From: Lingula anatina
Lineage: Eukaryota; Animalia; Brachiopoda
Direction: 5' to 3'
Assembly: GCA_051362555.1 (NCBI GenBank)
Contig: CM120647.1
Location: 1,798,001-1,862,000, forward strand
Length of the DNA stretch: 64,000 bases
Shown here: positions 40,001 through 51,900 of the stretch, one piece after another
How the letters are laid out: each line of letters starts with the position of its first letter
Numbering within the stretch: position 1 is the first letter of the stretch
Made by a program: the position numbers and the translations under genes
Notes under the pieces: generated by a model
Told to the model about the DNA's origin: nothing
What the model saw: only the letters and a program-made list of their open reading frames with translations
Databases searched by the model: none

Positions 40001-42415
40001 TTATTGTAAGTACTGAAAAGTCGTAACTTTGCCCCCACTTGCTACCACCAGATGCCCAGCAGGGTTAACACCTAATGCTGTGGGATGCTCCAACCCATCC
40101 TCGGCAGTGACAATGTATCTGATCAACTGTCCCTGTGGACTCAGTGCCACTATCCTACGGTTCCAATAGTCAGCAATAAGGATGTGACCATAGCTGTCAG
40201 TGCACACTCCACCTGGTCCACACAGCTGACCATCACCACTGCCTCGTGTGCCATATTGGTACAGCTGACCGCCAGTAGGTGACAGCACACGTACACAGTC
40301 ACTGCCATTGTCTGATATCACAATGTTATCATCCACCTTGTTCACAGTGATGTACAGGGGGTGTTGAACATTCAATGGAATAATGTTCAGGATATGTCCA
40401 CTATCTGCATGGAATGTGAAGACGGATTCTTTTGTTTTGTCACACACCATCACATGGCCTTGTCTGTTGATTGTGATACCACGTGGACCCTCGAGTTTAC
40501 CGCAACCCATGGTCGTCACATGCTGACCTCTAGTGGAGTAAACTTCTACACATTTGTCACCCCGTGATGTTATGAACAGGTGACCAGTCTGTGACACAGC
40601 CACATCAAATGCATGATTTAGTGTTATGTCAAATTTGAATTCTCCTGCATGTGTGAATACTTTAGTTTTGTTATTACCTTCTTTACTAACATAATTTTTT
40701 CCATGCACAGTAATCACGTGTTGCTTAGATATGGCAAGCCCAGTTATCAACGTGTCACTTTTGTCATCTTTCATCCTTGCTTTGAAGGAATGCACACATT
40801 TTGCCTTCTCTAAAAATAGAGGAGAAGGTGATGTTGATTTTGGATTCAGCAGAGTATGTAAAAAGTTCATTACACCTAATCTAGGAGGCCTAAGACGCTG
40901 TAAATGTACTATCGCCTGTCCTAACACGGCTTCACGCCCGGGAGAGTGTGCTGCTGATTTTGGAATTGTTTCCTCTTCAGCGATTGGAGGGTTTGACTGT
41001 CCTAACACCTGTCCTAACATGGCTTCATGTCCGGGAGAGTGCGTTGGTGATTTAGGAATTGTTTCCTCTTCAGCGATTGGAGGATTTGACTGTTTTATCA
41101 CCTCTTCTAACCTGGATTCACGTCCAGAAAAATTGATTGCTGATTTTGGAATTGTTTCCTCTTCAGTGGTAGGAAGTTTTGACTGTACTATCGCCTGTCC
41201 TAACATGGCTTTACGTCCAGGAGAGTGCGTTGGTGATTTAGGAATTGTTTCCTCTTCAGTGGTAGGAAGTTTTGACTGTACTATCGCCTGTCCCAACATG
41301 TCTTCACGCCAGGAAGAGTGTGTTGGTGATTTAGGAATTGTTTCCTCATCAGCGATTGAAGGTTTTGACTGTCCTAACATCTGTCCTAACATGGCTTCAC
41401 GCCAGGAAGAGTGCGTTGGTGATTTAGGAATTGTTTCATCATCAGCGAGTGGAGTGTATGACTGTGTTATCACCTCTCCCAACATGGCTTCCAGCCCAGC
41501 AGTAGATATCTTACCGGGTCTGTAGGATATCTGTACTGGTGTGTCTGGAATTGGCACTGGCATTTTCTCCATCGCTGTAAGCCTCTCTGTTAGAGCCTTA
41601 GTGTGAAGCATGATGTCAGAATCAGAACCATGTGTTATAAGTTCTTGGGCAAATCTGCAGGCACTTAGTAAGGAGGCTTGGTTGAGTTCAAGATTGTCCT
41701 TTTTTGCCTCTTTCTGCTTTTTACTGATATCACAAGCAAAACTTACTTCTGAAATCAATTTTTGCGCTCTCTCCTGAACCAGTCTTTGGATAGATAGAGC
41801 CTGCTCTTTAATTTTGTTGATGGTATCTTCCGTGTTGACCTCCTCCAATTCATTGGTTCTGTCCTTGGCAACTGCTTCTTTAAACATGTTCAGTGTTGTT
41901 TCAGTTTTCATAAGGACAGTTTTAATCTTTTTCCGATTGCTATTTGCCACACGCTCAACGGGCACAATACCATGTCTATAATGCTCTTTTGGTATACAGT
42001 CACCACATACAACTGTATCATCGTCTTCACAGTAGTATTTCAATTCATTTGTAGGATGCTTCTCACATTTGCTGATCATTCGTGCAATGGCTTGCGTCAC
42101 TCTATGCACATCAGTGCCTTTGATTTGAGATGGGACTTCATGCTGCTGTCGTTGTCTGAGAAGTTCTTTTGCTTTCTGAATACGGAAATCTTTTTTCAGT
42201 TTCACAAGTCCTTCCCTTGGGAATTTTATCACTTCTCTACAAAGAGGGCACAAAAATGTCCCGTCCCTAGATACAGTCTGCGTAGCATGGTTACATAAAC
42301 AACCATAGCAAAATGTATGGTAGCAAGGTAGCACACGGGGGTCTTCATACTCTCCCAGACAGATGCTACATGTCAAGAGATTATCCGTGAATGCTGCTGC
42401 CAACGCCTCAGCCAT
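40001..42415 (-). CDS. Intronless TRIM-NHL E3 ubiquitin ligase (TRIM2/3-like), 804 aa, with 6x 31-aa linker repeat
   Basis: C3HC4 RING (CSIC..PCYHTFCYGC..CPLC), B-box (CEKH..YYCEDD..CGDC..H..H), coiled coil, NHL repeats. Confidence 0.93.
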   Translation of the reverse strand: MAEALAAAFTDNLLTCSICLGEYEDPRVLPCYHTFCYGCLCNHATQTVSRDGTFLCPLCREVIKFPREGLVKLKKDFRIQKAKELLRQRQQHEVPSQIKGTDVHRVTQAIARMISKCEKHPTNELKYYCEDDDTVVCGDCIPKEHYRHGIVPVERVANSNRKKIKTVLMKTETTLNMFKEAVAKDRTNELEEVNTEDTINKIKEQALSIQRLVQERAQKLISEVSFACDISKKQKEAKKDNLELNQASLLSACRFAQELITHGSDSDIMLHTKALTERLTAMEKMPVPIPDTPVQISYRPGKISTAGLEAMLGEVITQSYTPLADDETIPKSPTHSSWREAMLGQMLGQSKPSIADEETIPKSPTHSSWREDMLGQAIVQSKLPTTEEETIPKSPTHSPGRKAMLGQAIVQSKLPTTEEETIPKSAINFSGRESRLEEVIKQSNPPIAEEETIPKSPTHSPGHEAMLGQVLGQSNPPIAEEETIPKSAAHSPGREAVLGQAIVHLQRLRPPRLGVMNFLHTLLNPKSTSPSPLFLEKAKCVHSFKARMKDDKSDTLITGLAISKQHVITVHGKNYVSKEGNNKTKVFTHAGEFKFDITLNHAFDVAVSQTGHLFITSRGDKCVEVYSTRGQHVTTMGCGKLEGPRGITINRQGHVMVCDKTKESVFTFHADSGHILNIIPLNVQHPLYITVNKVDDNIVISDNGSDCVRVLSPTGGQLYQYGTRGSGDGQLCGPGGVCTDSYGHILIADYWNRRIVALSPQGQLIRYIVTAEDGLEHPTALGVNPAGHLVVASGGKVTTFQYLQ
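40905..41491 (-). repeat. Coding minisatellite, six 93-bp units
   Basis: ETIPKS occurs six times at 31-aa spacing. Confidence 0.92.
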
Positions 42416-42492
42416 ATTGTAACATTAGAGCACAAGGCAACCATTCAGCAAATAGTTCAATAGTGAATATAAGATAGATATATCTGGCTGTC

Positions 42493-42526
42493 TTTATAGT
42501 GTGGTAGCAGATGATCAGGTGATTGG
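42493..42526 (-). promoter_or_regulatory. TATA and CCAAT boxes of TRIM copy 1, conserved in all three paralogs
   Basis: TATAAA (minus) at 42493-42498, 57210-57215, 63357-63362; CCAAT (minus) at 42522-42526, 57239-57243, 63386-63390, with the same spacing. Confidence 0.65.
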
Positions 42527-44455
42527 GACCTTGAACTGTTTTGTTAAAACTGCACCTAGTCAGTAGTGATAGCATGCACTATATTTGATATGGTCGTTAG
42601 TACAAGCGGTCATGTACCCTTCACGCACTACAGTGTGTAGTACATATGTACATGCCCCAATTCAGGGGGCAACAGTTACAGTTGAGCCCAGAAAAAATGG
42701 TACGCTACCAAAAGTAACACTTGTTAACAACTTATCTGGTTATTTTTTTATAACACCGCCCCTCTTTTATGAATGGATTGTGTTACTTAAACACAAAGCA
42801 TGTTTGCTCACTGCGTTATCAACAGACAATATTTAAGTGATTAATTTCATGATGGGGTGTTATCCCCTGTCTAAACGGACTGTGACCACAGAGCTTTGAT
42901 ACCCTGTAATTATCCCTGTTAGCTAGATAGTTATTTTTGGTAACAAGAGGTAACAAACAGATAACAATCTGGAGCATTCTTTCTGACCTCAACTGTTCTA
43001 CTGATGACTGGTTGCTCAGTTAAAAGGTATAATATTAATAAATCCGCTTGCTTTTTGCCCCTCCTTGACTTAGATTGTCAAAATCGCCTCTTACACGTTT
43101 GCACATATCTGATCAGTGATAAAACCATTGTTTATAACCCCATCGTGTGCTTGTGAAGAGTCCAAAGAATTGTAAAACTAGTTATTATAATGTACAAGGT
43201 GTCCCTCTTTTTCGTTTCAAACCATTTCCATAAATGTGAGTGCAATTTCTGTTTAAAGCATTTGTCAAAAAAAGTCCAAAATGATACATATTAAAGACCG
43301 TTTACAATGTTATGTGTTTACTAAAGTTTACAATGTTATGTGTTTACATCACTAAATGTGCCAGTTTTACGTAGGTCATCAGAAAAAATGCACAAACTTT
43401 TGTCCTTTTAGAACAATCGATGCCTTCAAACCATTACGAAGGCCTATATTGGCCTGGGTGATTTCAACTGGACTGACCTGACTTCTGAGGTACATCCACT
43501 CGTGCTCAGCGAGCTTTTCTGATAAGAGAGTAGGCGCCATTTTGACTGTCCCCTTTGGCTGGCCGACTCACCACATTGATAGAAAAAAGTTCCAGTCTAA
43601 AGGCTTGAAGTAATGGCAAATTGACAAGGAATGTGAAATTAGGGGACCCAAAAGTAATAACTTGGGGCATTTGGATCTCATAACACTCCCGATATCTCAC
43701 ACTTATAAACTCTCATTGAATTTTTAATTATTAAAATTATTGTGTGAATTTTCTTTTGCTTTCAGCTGATAGGTGAGCTTCTGAGAAGTGTCTAAGACTT
43801 TTGTTGAAAATAATGTAATTTTCTTAGAAACTTTCCCAGGCAGTGGAATTGCTTTTGGGGGTAGTGATTTTTATTAAAATGGCTAGACTTTACGTTTATA
43901 AAAAAAAAAAAAAAAAAATCCGTCTTGGAAATAATGTGAATGCTGACACTATTTTGGGTATGACGTTAAATTCGCACCAGTCTGTGATCCATAACGAGGC
44001 TACAGGCTTTGAGAGCTGGTCATTTTGGCTATGAAAGAATCCAGTAGTAATTAATATGATCAAAATTGTCCACTTAAGTATTTTTTTATCGCAATATTTT
44101 GTTGAGGTTTCTGGCAGATCGTACCAAAACTGTCAATAAGTTTGAATAAATTGAATTGTGAAATGTATTGAAATAATTAGTTTTGAAGATTTTGTTCATG
44201 AAAAATGACGCCATTAAAATTGAACCAAAAGGCTACAGAAGACTCAAAATGATTTCAAAGGAAAAAAAAAGTAACACGAGACTGAGGTCCATATCTGATT
44301 GTATTGAAATAAACCCAATATAATAGCATAGTAAATAAATGTAACTGAATGTTCAGTTATTACCGTAGTAAGATGTTTACAATGATGGCTGATCTAATTC
44401 ATTTTTAAAGGGGGGGAATTAAATATTAACTAATAGTACTACAAGTAGCTGTTAG

Positions 44456-47167
44456 CCAGCGGGCAAAATGTGTTGTTTTAACATTGAAGCAACATTGAAG
44501 CTACCCTGAGTGTCAGAGCAACGTAAAAGCTAGCTTGCTAAATATACCTTGTGGTGGAGTCGCTTTTACTAACTCTGAAGATCAGAGGCCATGAAAGTTT
44601 TCAATCAATCAAATAGAACTGCTCCGCAGTGAAAATACAGTTGAATGTCATCAGACCAAAATAAAACGTAAAACAAATTTAATTCGGCTTTATTTAATTT
44701 TATTTGCTGTATTTAAGATGTAAAGTGAAAAAATAAATAATATTCTTCGGAAAGAAAAGATATATCCAATGTTTTTGTATTTTTTGCTTATCAAAGAACA
44801 TTTAGTCCTGAGATATACACGTGCACAATACATGCGCTTGCCGTGTGCCAAATTTGACAGCTACACTGTATGCCCGATACCACTATAAGGGCTGCGCAAT
44901 GGCTACACGAAAATAAGTTTTTACAGCAGAATGTTGCTTGTATTGTGGTACTGACCTTCGACTGCAACATATTTTCCATTCAAACTTCTAACTCCGCGTC
45001 AGGCACTTTAATTGCTTCTTGTCTCGCCTGCATGAGACTTCAGCGCAAGGCGGGAAAGGCAGCTCCAGGCGGTCAAACCTGTGACGTACGAGACTTATGA
45101 CTTCCAAATATGGATCCAGGCGGACACAGCTGTGACGTGTGACTTCCAAATATGGAAGCGCCCCAGGCAGAATTTTGAAGAAGAACGCCCCCGAGTTGCT
45201 ACTGTTCGCTAGAGCCTGGTATTGCTACTATGGGTTATATATGAAATCAAGATCGAGGTGGCAATACCGGAATCTAGAACCTAGGGTACATTGAACCATA
45301 ACGTTGATAAGACGCTGGATAAACATTGGATTTGAAAGTTGACTCAACCTCAGATAACAACGTTCTATCAACGTCAGATAACAACATTGTATCAACCCCA
45401 GTTGTTAGACAACATTCTTGCATGAAAAGACATTGAAATGACCTGAGGGTAGGGTATATAAATATGGCCTTTAAGTTAAAATTTCCAAGGTTTATATATA
45501 TATATAACAAAGTCACAGTCACCTCAACCTATCTATGTATATCAGGTTACCAAGAACTGTTAACTTTATTAATTCACTCCATCACATTCACACCAACTTA
45601 TTTATCCTAGTGTTAGCAGACCTTGCAAGGAATTCAGTTTATTGGAATGTATTTCTGAATAACAAGTTAAGAAAATTTACTAGTTCACTAAAGGCACAAA
45701 ACAACTGTCACTTTTACTTTTAACACTTTTTTTTATTATTTTGATAAAGTTAGTTACAGTATTGATAAACAAAGTATCACGTTTTCAACATTTAATATTT
45801 TAAGGATGTAATTAACAGTAAATGACCAAAATATGGGTGTTTTTCTGAATTTGTCAGTATTAGATAGATGAAATATCAACTATACATTGTACATCAGCGT
45901 ATCTTTAAATAATGGAAGTTTACAAATAAACCCGTAATTTTAGCCTAATTGCTGATTTACCCCTGTGGTAGCATGTCTGAGTTTTAAAGTAGGGTCACAC
46001 TTGTCCATATATGGGTTTGATTGGCAGCTTCACTGTGCAGCTGTATATTTCCTGTACTGGATTGCTGCTAAGCCTTTCACATTTTGTGAGTAACATCCCG
46101 CTTTCACTTGCCAAACAATACTTTTCATTTTGAATTTATCAGTGAACTTAATTCTGACGATCTACTAAAGCTCTAAAACGCAGACATATAGACGAGACGT
46201 ATATGGGCAAAGGCACTCCCCCTAGGTGTCACGTGGTGAAGTAGGCTGACGTCATGACTAACATGGTGGCTGCTGTCCGTGCATAGAGGGGGCTCCGGTT
46301 GAAAATGTTCAATAATAATGTTGAAAATGGATGAAATACATAGTGACAGTTACATAGGCAGTGAGTAGAGGGCTGAACCAGTATAAATAACTAAATTTCT
46401 CGGCTTGCCAATGCAACTCACTGATTATATAACGTTGGAATCTCCGGGGAGCACTAAAAGGCTGCTTTCTCTGCTTTAATTTATGGCTTCAAGAGAACTA
46501 TTTAGACCAGTGTCAAAATTAATTAGAACTCTCAACAGATGAAAACTGACATTCATTCGTTAGATCTAAGGTTTGTCTGAAAATGTGTGTCTGGGATTTC
46601 ATAACATCAGCTCCGTTTTCAACTTACACATGCTTTAGTTAGGCTAGGGGGTCTCATTGAACTGGAAAACTGATTTATTTTGATATCTTTGGTAATTCAA
46701 CAGACATCGCTTATTTGAGGCGCATTCTTGTTGATCCCAAAGAGGGCTCACGTGTCAAGTTGTCTACACATGTCCATTTGTAGTGGACTTCTAGTTTTTA
46801 AGGTATAAAGATCATGTTGAGAACACCTATTAAGCATTATATCTCATTACGTAACAATTACATAATAAAATAAGGATATGAAATGAAAAGCAGTTGAAAT
46901 AAGCTTTCTATTGATATGTAACATTTTGGTATATCTTGGTCGGTTTAGAAGATAGCTACCCCTGTTAATTACATCCTTAAAATATATTCCATGTCTGCAA
47001 GATTGTGTCAATGACCAAAATACAACATTGAGTCAATGTCACATTATGATGGTGTTTCGACGTGGCTGGATCAATGTCGATTTTACGTTGAATTTAGGTA
47101 GATCAACGGCAATTCAATATATCAACCTGTTTTCAACACTGATCCAACGCAACTATGCCTGCTGGGC
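44456..47167. mobile_element. Non-autonomous CACTA/CMC-like DNA transposon
   Basis: Ends CCAGCGGGCA.. and ..TGCCTGCTGGG, AACGTTGA-type internal repeats, probable AG TSD. The paralogous empty site GCTGTTAGTTTGTAC is at 61021-61035. Confidence 0.7.
45804..46976. mobile_element. Kolobok-like non-autonomous element nested in the previous element
   Basis: TTAA|GGATGTAATTAACAG ... CTGTTAATTACATCC|TTAA: perfect 15-bp TIR, TTAA TSD, purine-purine start. Confidence 0.8.
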
Positions 47168-47370
47168 AGTTTGTACTAGAATCTATAATTTGCCTTTTCT
47201 ATTAAAGAAATTTAAAATCGTGACTCATTTGGAAGACTTAACAGGTCAGCAGTGCAGTATTTGCTGTGAGTATGAGAAAAGAACATGACTTACTAGTACA
47301 TAACATTGTACACCGTGAAATGCCATTAATAAATTAATATTAATAAACCCGCTTGCTTTTTGCCCCTCCT

Positions 47371-48520
47371 GCAAATTTCAAATACATTTTTCATAGACTG
47401 GCCAAAGCCATCTATTATCACCATACATTACATAAGAAAGTACAAGTACTGTCCTTTTATAATCAAAAATAAAATTTTTTTCAAACACATTTTTCAAAAA
47501 ATTATTCAATTTTTAAAATTCTTAATCCAAGATGGCGGCAACCAAATTGCACATTTTACATATTTGTGTATATTAAAAATAACAAACATGGTTAAACACA
47601 TATTTTATATTTGTATGTTGCTAAATCCCAAATCTTGATTAATTGAAAAACATAAAAAATATCATTTTTTGCTGGCCTTTAAAAATTAAAAAAATAACTT
47701 TGAAAATGGGGAATTTTCAAAAATTCAAAATTTTGCTAAAATGCCCAAATTTGCCATTTTCAAATACACTTTTCATAGACTGGCCAAAGCCACCTATTAT
47801 TGACATACATAACATAAGGAAGTACATATACTGAACTGTTTTAATCAAAAATAAATTTTTTTTCAAACACATTTTTCAAAAAATTATTCAAATTTTAAAA
47901 TTCTTAATCCAAGATGGCGGCAACCAAATTGCACATTTTACATATTTGTGAATATAAAAAATAGCAAACATGGTTAAACACATATTTTTTATTTGTATGT
48001 TGCTAAATTCCAAATCTTGATTAAGTGAAAAACATAAAATATATAATTTTTGCTGTCCTTTAAAAATTAGAAAAATAACTTCAAAAATGGGGAATTTTCA
48101 AAAATTCAAAATTTTGCTAAAATGCCCAAATTTGCCATTTTCAAATATACTTTTCATGGATTGGCCAAAGCCACCTATTATCATCATACATTACATAAGG
48201 AAGAACATAAACTGAACTGTTTTAATCAAAAATAAAATTTTTTTCAAACATATTTTTCAACAAATTATTCAATTTTTAAAATTCTTAATCCAAGATGGCG
48301 GCAACCAAATTGCACATTTTACATATTTGTGTATATAAAAATAACAAACATGGTTAAACACATATTTGATATTTGTATGTTGCTAAATACCAAAACTTTA
48401 TTAAGTGAAAAACATAATAAAAAAAAAACTCTTTTCAAGGGCTATTAAATAAAATTAATAATTAATTTTTAAAATGCTCAATCCAAAATGGCAGTAACTA
48501 AATTGCAAATTTTCCATATT
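47371..48520. repeat. ~382-bp tandem repeat (about 3 units) at the transposon 3' side
   Basis: AATCCAAGATGGCGGCAACCAAATTGCAC at 47524, 47906 and 48287, degenerate at 48480. Confidence 0.9.
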
Positions 48521-48926
48521 TATGCATAAAAATGAATATAAACACTGTGGCATTTTTATTTTAATATTTAAAAAAGTTATCATGATTTATTTATAAAAAT
48601 ATTTGGAAGAAATTTTGCTGGACTTTAATACTTATTATATTGCTATACATCACCTTTTATTCATGTTCAGTACATTTACAAATCAATGTTTCTTTTCAAC
48701 ATATGCTCAGAAAATCACAACAGTCTAACTTCTTTGTTCCAAATCAAAAATAACTTTATTATGTTATGTTACAGTAGTCACATATAATACATAACAAATA
48801 TGTAATCATATACACCTGTATGTGCCTCAGTGGCTTCAAATGTTATACCAATATATACAGACATTTACAAATTGCTGTTTACTGACAGGCCAGTGTAATC
48901 AGGTGTGTGTTTCTGTCTATCAAAAA

Positions 48927-51900
48927 TTAAAGTAATTGTGTATCTGTGCTGGACTGTAGAGTATTTAGTACACTCTTCTCTTCTAACTCTACAGTGAGAG
49001 CAATTAGGTCTTCTTCCTGTTTGATATCTAAAAGTAGCTGTGGATTTCCTGACATCCTGGAGAAAAATGAAGCTATTTGGGAAGCCGAAAGACAGTCCCT
49101 AGGTGAAAATAGGGGCAAACCAGCTTCATCCTTTAATCCCCTCATCTCACTTTCTACTTCCTGGGGAGTGAACTTTCTGCCACAGCACTGGCCAACCTGA
49201 AACTTATCGGTTAAATACTGTCTTACATGTTGTGGGAATCTAGGCCTGCATTTCACTGTCTTAAGAGCCCATCCCTGATTAACATGATCTAATGTGCTTC
49301 TCTCAGAATCTTTTTTGTTTGTAGAGTGCACCTGATGAGCACTTTTAGAGTTACATTTACTTATTACACCATTACAATATTTCCCCCACTGAAGTTTTAT
49401 GTTATTGTAGGTAGAAGTGCTTCTCTTGTGTACTCCAAACAGCTGATGGTCCTCCAGTTCCTTGTAATTACAAAACACTGCTGTGCACCCATCCTCAGAA
49501 CACAGCAAATTCATTGACTCTTGTGGTGTTTCCTTCTGGGCATCATATCTAATTTTTCCTTCTCCCATAGAGGGTACAGTGAAGTCAATGATGACACTGT
49601 ACCCACTCTGGTGTACTCCATCATCCCAAGCTTGCTGAAGTTCAGCTGGTGATATACTTTGGCCTGGACCTATGCAGTAGGCTCTTTTCATACACAATCC
49701 CCCTCCATGGAACTCAATCTCACTGATCATTGACACATGCTTTACTTTATGCCTGAAATGATTCTGCTTGCTGGTGTCAATGTCCCCAACTGCCACTTGA
49801 CAACCTACAACACCTGTAATACAGTAAAAGTCAAATAAAATATCTAAACAAGGGTAAAATGCTTTAATTCTCAATTCCAGAAAATTAAACATCCTGACAT
49901 CCACAAATATGAACATAAACACAATAACACATACCTATACACACTTACTAAATTGGCACAGAGACACTACACTATTTTTTGAAATTTTAAAATCTCTAAA
50001 CATCTATCTATTTCTTAAAGCACATTGCATGACCCAAAACTGTAACATGGTTTAATCTTGATCATGAAGCCAAGTGTTTCATACCAGCATACATTTGGCG
50101 CTTAAAGGGTATTGTTTTACCTTTTCCATGATCAATAGCACTTTTCATATCAATAGCAGTAAGGATGTCATTTCCAGCACCCACATATGATTTCATCTTT
50201 GTACGCATGTGTGCAATCTTAGAGTCACATACACTTTTTCCACTCTGTGCCTCAGAAAAGCAGTAGTTTTTAATGAAAATTCCTGCAAAATATAAATAAT
50301 CATTCAAATTTGAAAAAAAAAATGTATTCATTTTCATTGTTAAAACAACACATTGGATTTTACAAAATTATATATTAAAAGCTTTTTATAAAAGGATACA
50401 TCAAAAGCATGTGTCCTGTATAGAGTGTAACTCAGATGTCTATTATACAATTTGATCCTTGTCAAGAAACTGGAATCCCAAAATATGTAAAAAAAATTAA
50501 ATATAATTAAACACAATTTACTCACCAGTTCTTTCAGATATTCCAGGAATTGCCAGCCATAAATGTGCATTATCAGACCTACTCAAAAAAAAAAATAAAT
50601 AAATAAAGAATTGGACTATAATGCCTGAAGATTTATGAATATTTTACTTCATCCATAAAAGTAAATATATTTTGTAAATATCTACCTTTACTTGATCCTT
50701 ATGCCCATACAACAGAATGAAAAACATACTAGCTGTTTTTATTTTAGTACTTGTAAATAAAATGAATATGTACCTGATGCTGGCTTGCTTAACCTGAGGA
50801 ACCTGTTTAGTAACGTTTTCCAGTGTGTTTTCCAAAATGGAAGCAACTGCAAACCAGTCCTGTTTTATATTTTCAAAAATATGTGTAAATGTCCTATGCT
50901 GAAATAAAATACAATTAAGTTAAGGTCAAATACAGGTATATATATATTTCTTCTATTATACTAATATAAAGAAATATCAGGTTTCATATTAGCAATATAA
51001 TTAGTTACAGTTAACAATAAGATTTTTTAAAAAACTGTATACTTACACATAATTCACCAGAATCATTTCGGAAAATCACCACCGTCACATGCCAGTTCTT
51101 GCCTCGTTGGCCAAACCAATCACTCTGCTTCTCTCTAAACTGAAAATAGTCATACATTTATAATATAAGGGAAATGTAATCTTTTCAAGTTTCAAAATCT
51201 TCAAAAAACATACATTTTATGTAGCAACTAAGATTTTTACATGGTAAATTTACTCCATAACCACTTCCAAACTCTTTTTTTTTTTTTTTGCACTTTGAAC
51301 ATCAAATATCAAAAATATTAATGATATTTATCTTAGTACAACTTACCTTCCTTGGCAAAAATTTCATAGCCCAGTCCATAATAACAAGACATTCCGATGC
51401 ATTTAAATTTTGTAGAAGGTCAACACGGGCTTGATCCTGATTGACAGTCCTGATGATATGTCTCTTCCAGTCATAAATTTTCTCGACTGATATTTGTAAC
51501 TTTTGTTCTTCAAACTCATCCCCATCTCCACATTCCATAAGTTGACGTACTGTATCTTGGAGAAGAAAACAGTTTGGACACACTCTATTGTGCTGGTGAA
51601 AGCATTCTCCATGGAAAGATTCTTCCTTAGGATCACTCAGGAGCCACGTCATACAGTGCTCAGGGCATGTGTCTTCTCTGTTCAGGTTCAATTTGTACTG
51701 TGACTTTAGGTAGTGCAGGCTTGTTGATAAATTGTTTTTCAAAATTTGACACTGATTACCAGAAACGGACCCCCTAGTCTGCCACAGATCACAGAGTTCT
51801 CTAAGATCCCTGAAGCCTTCTGCACCATCTGCTGCAATGTTATCTAGTCCTCGGAGATCAGTCCTCTTAGAAGCAGCACAAGCATTCAATATCCTAAAGA

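Noticed and set aside
40731-41525. 264-aa Cys-rich repetitive ORF (also 61878-62399)
   Set aside because: Antisense frame of the TRIM linker minisatellite.
40905-48520. Regularly spaced repeats as a CRISPR-like array
   Set aside because: Units are contiguous tandem repeats without unique spacers, in eukaryotic DNA with no cas genes.
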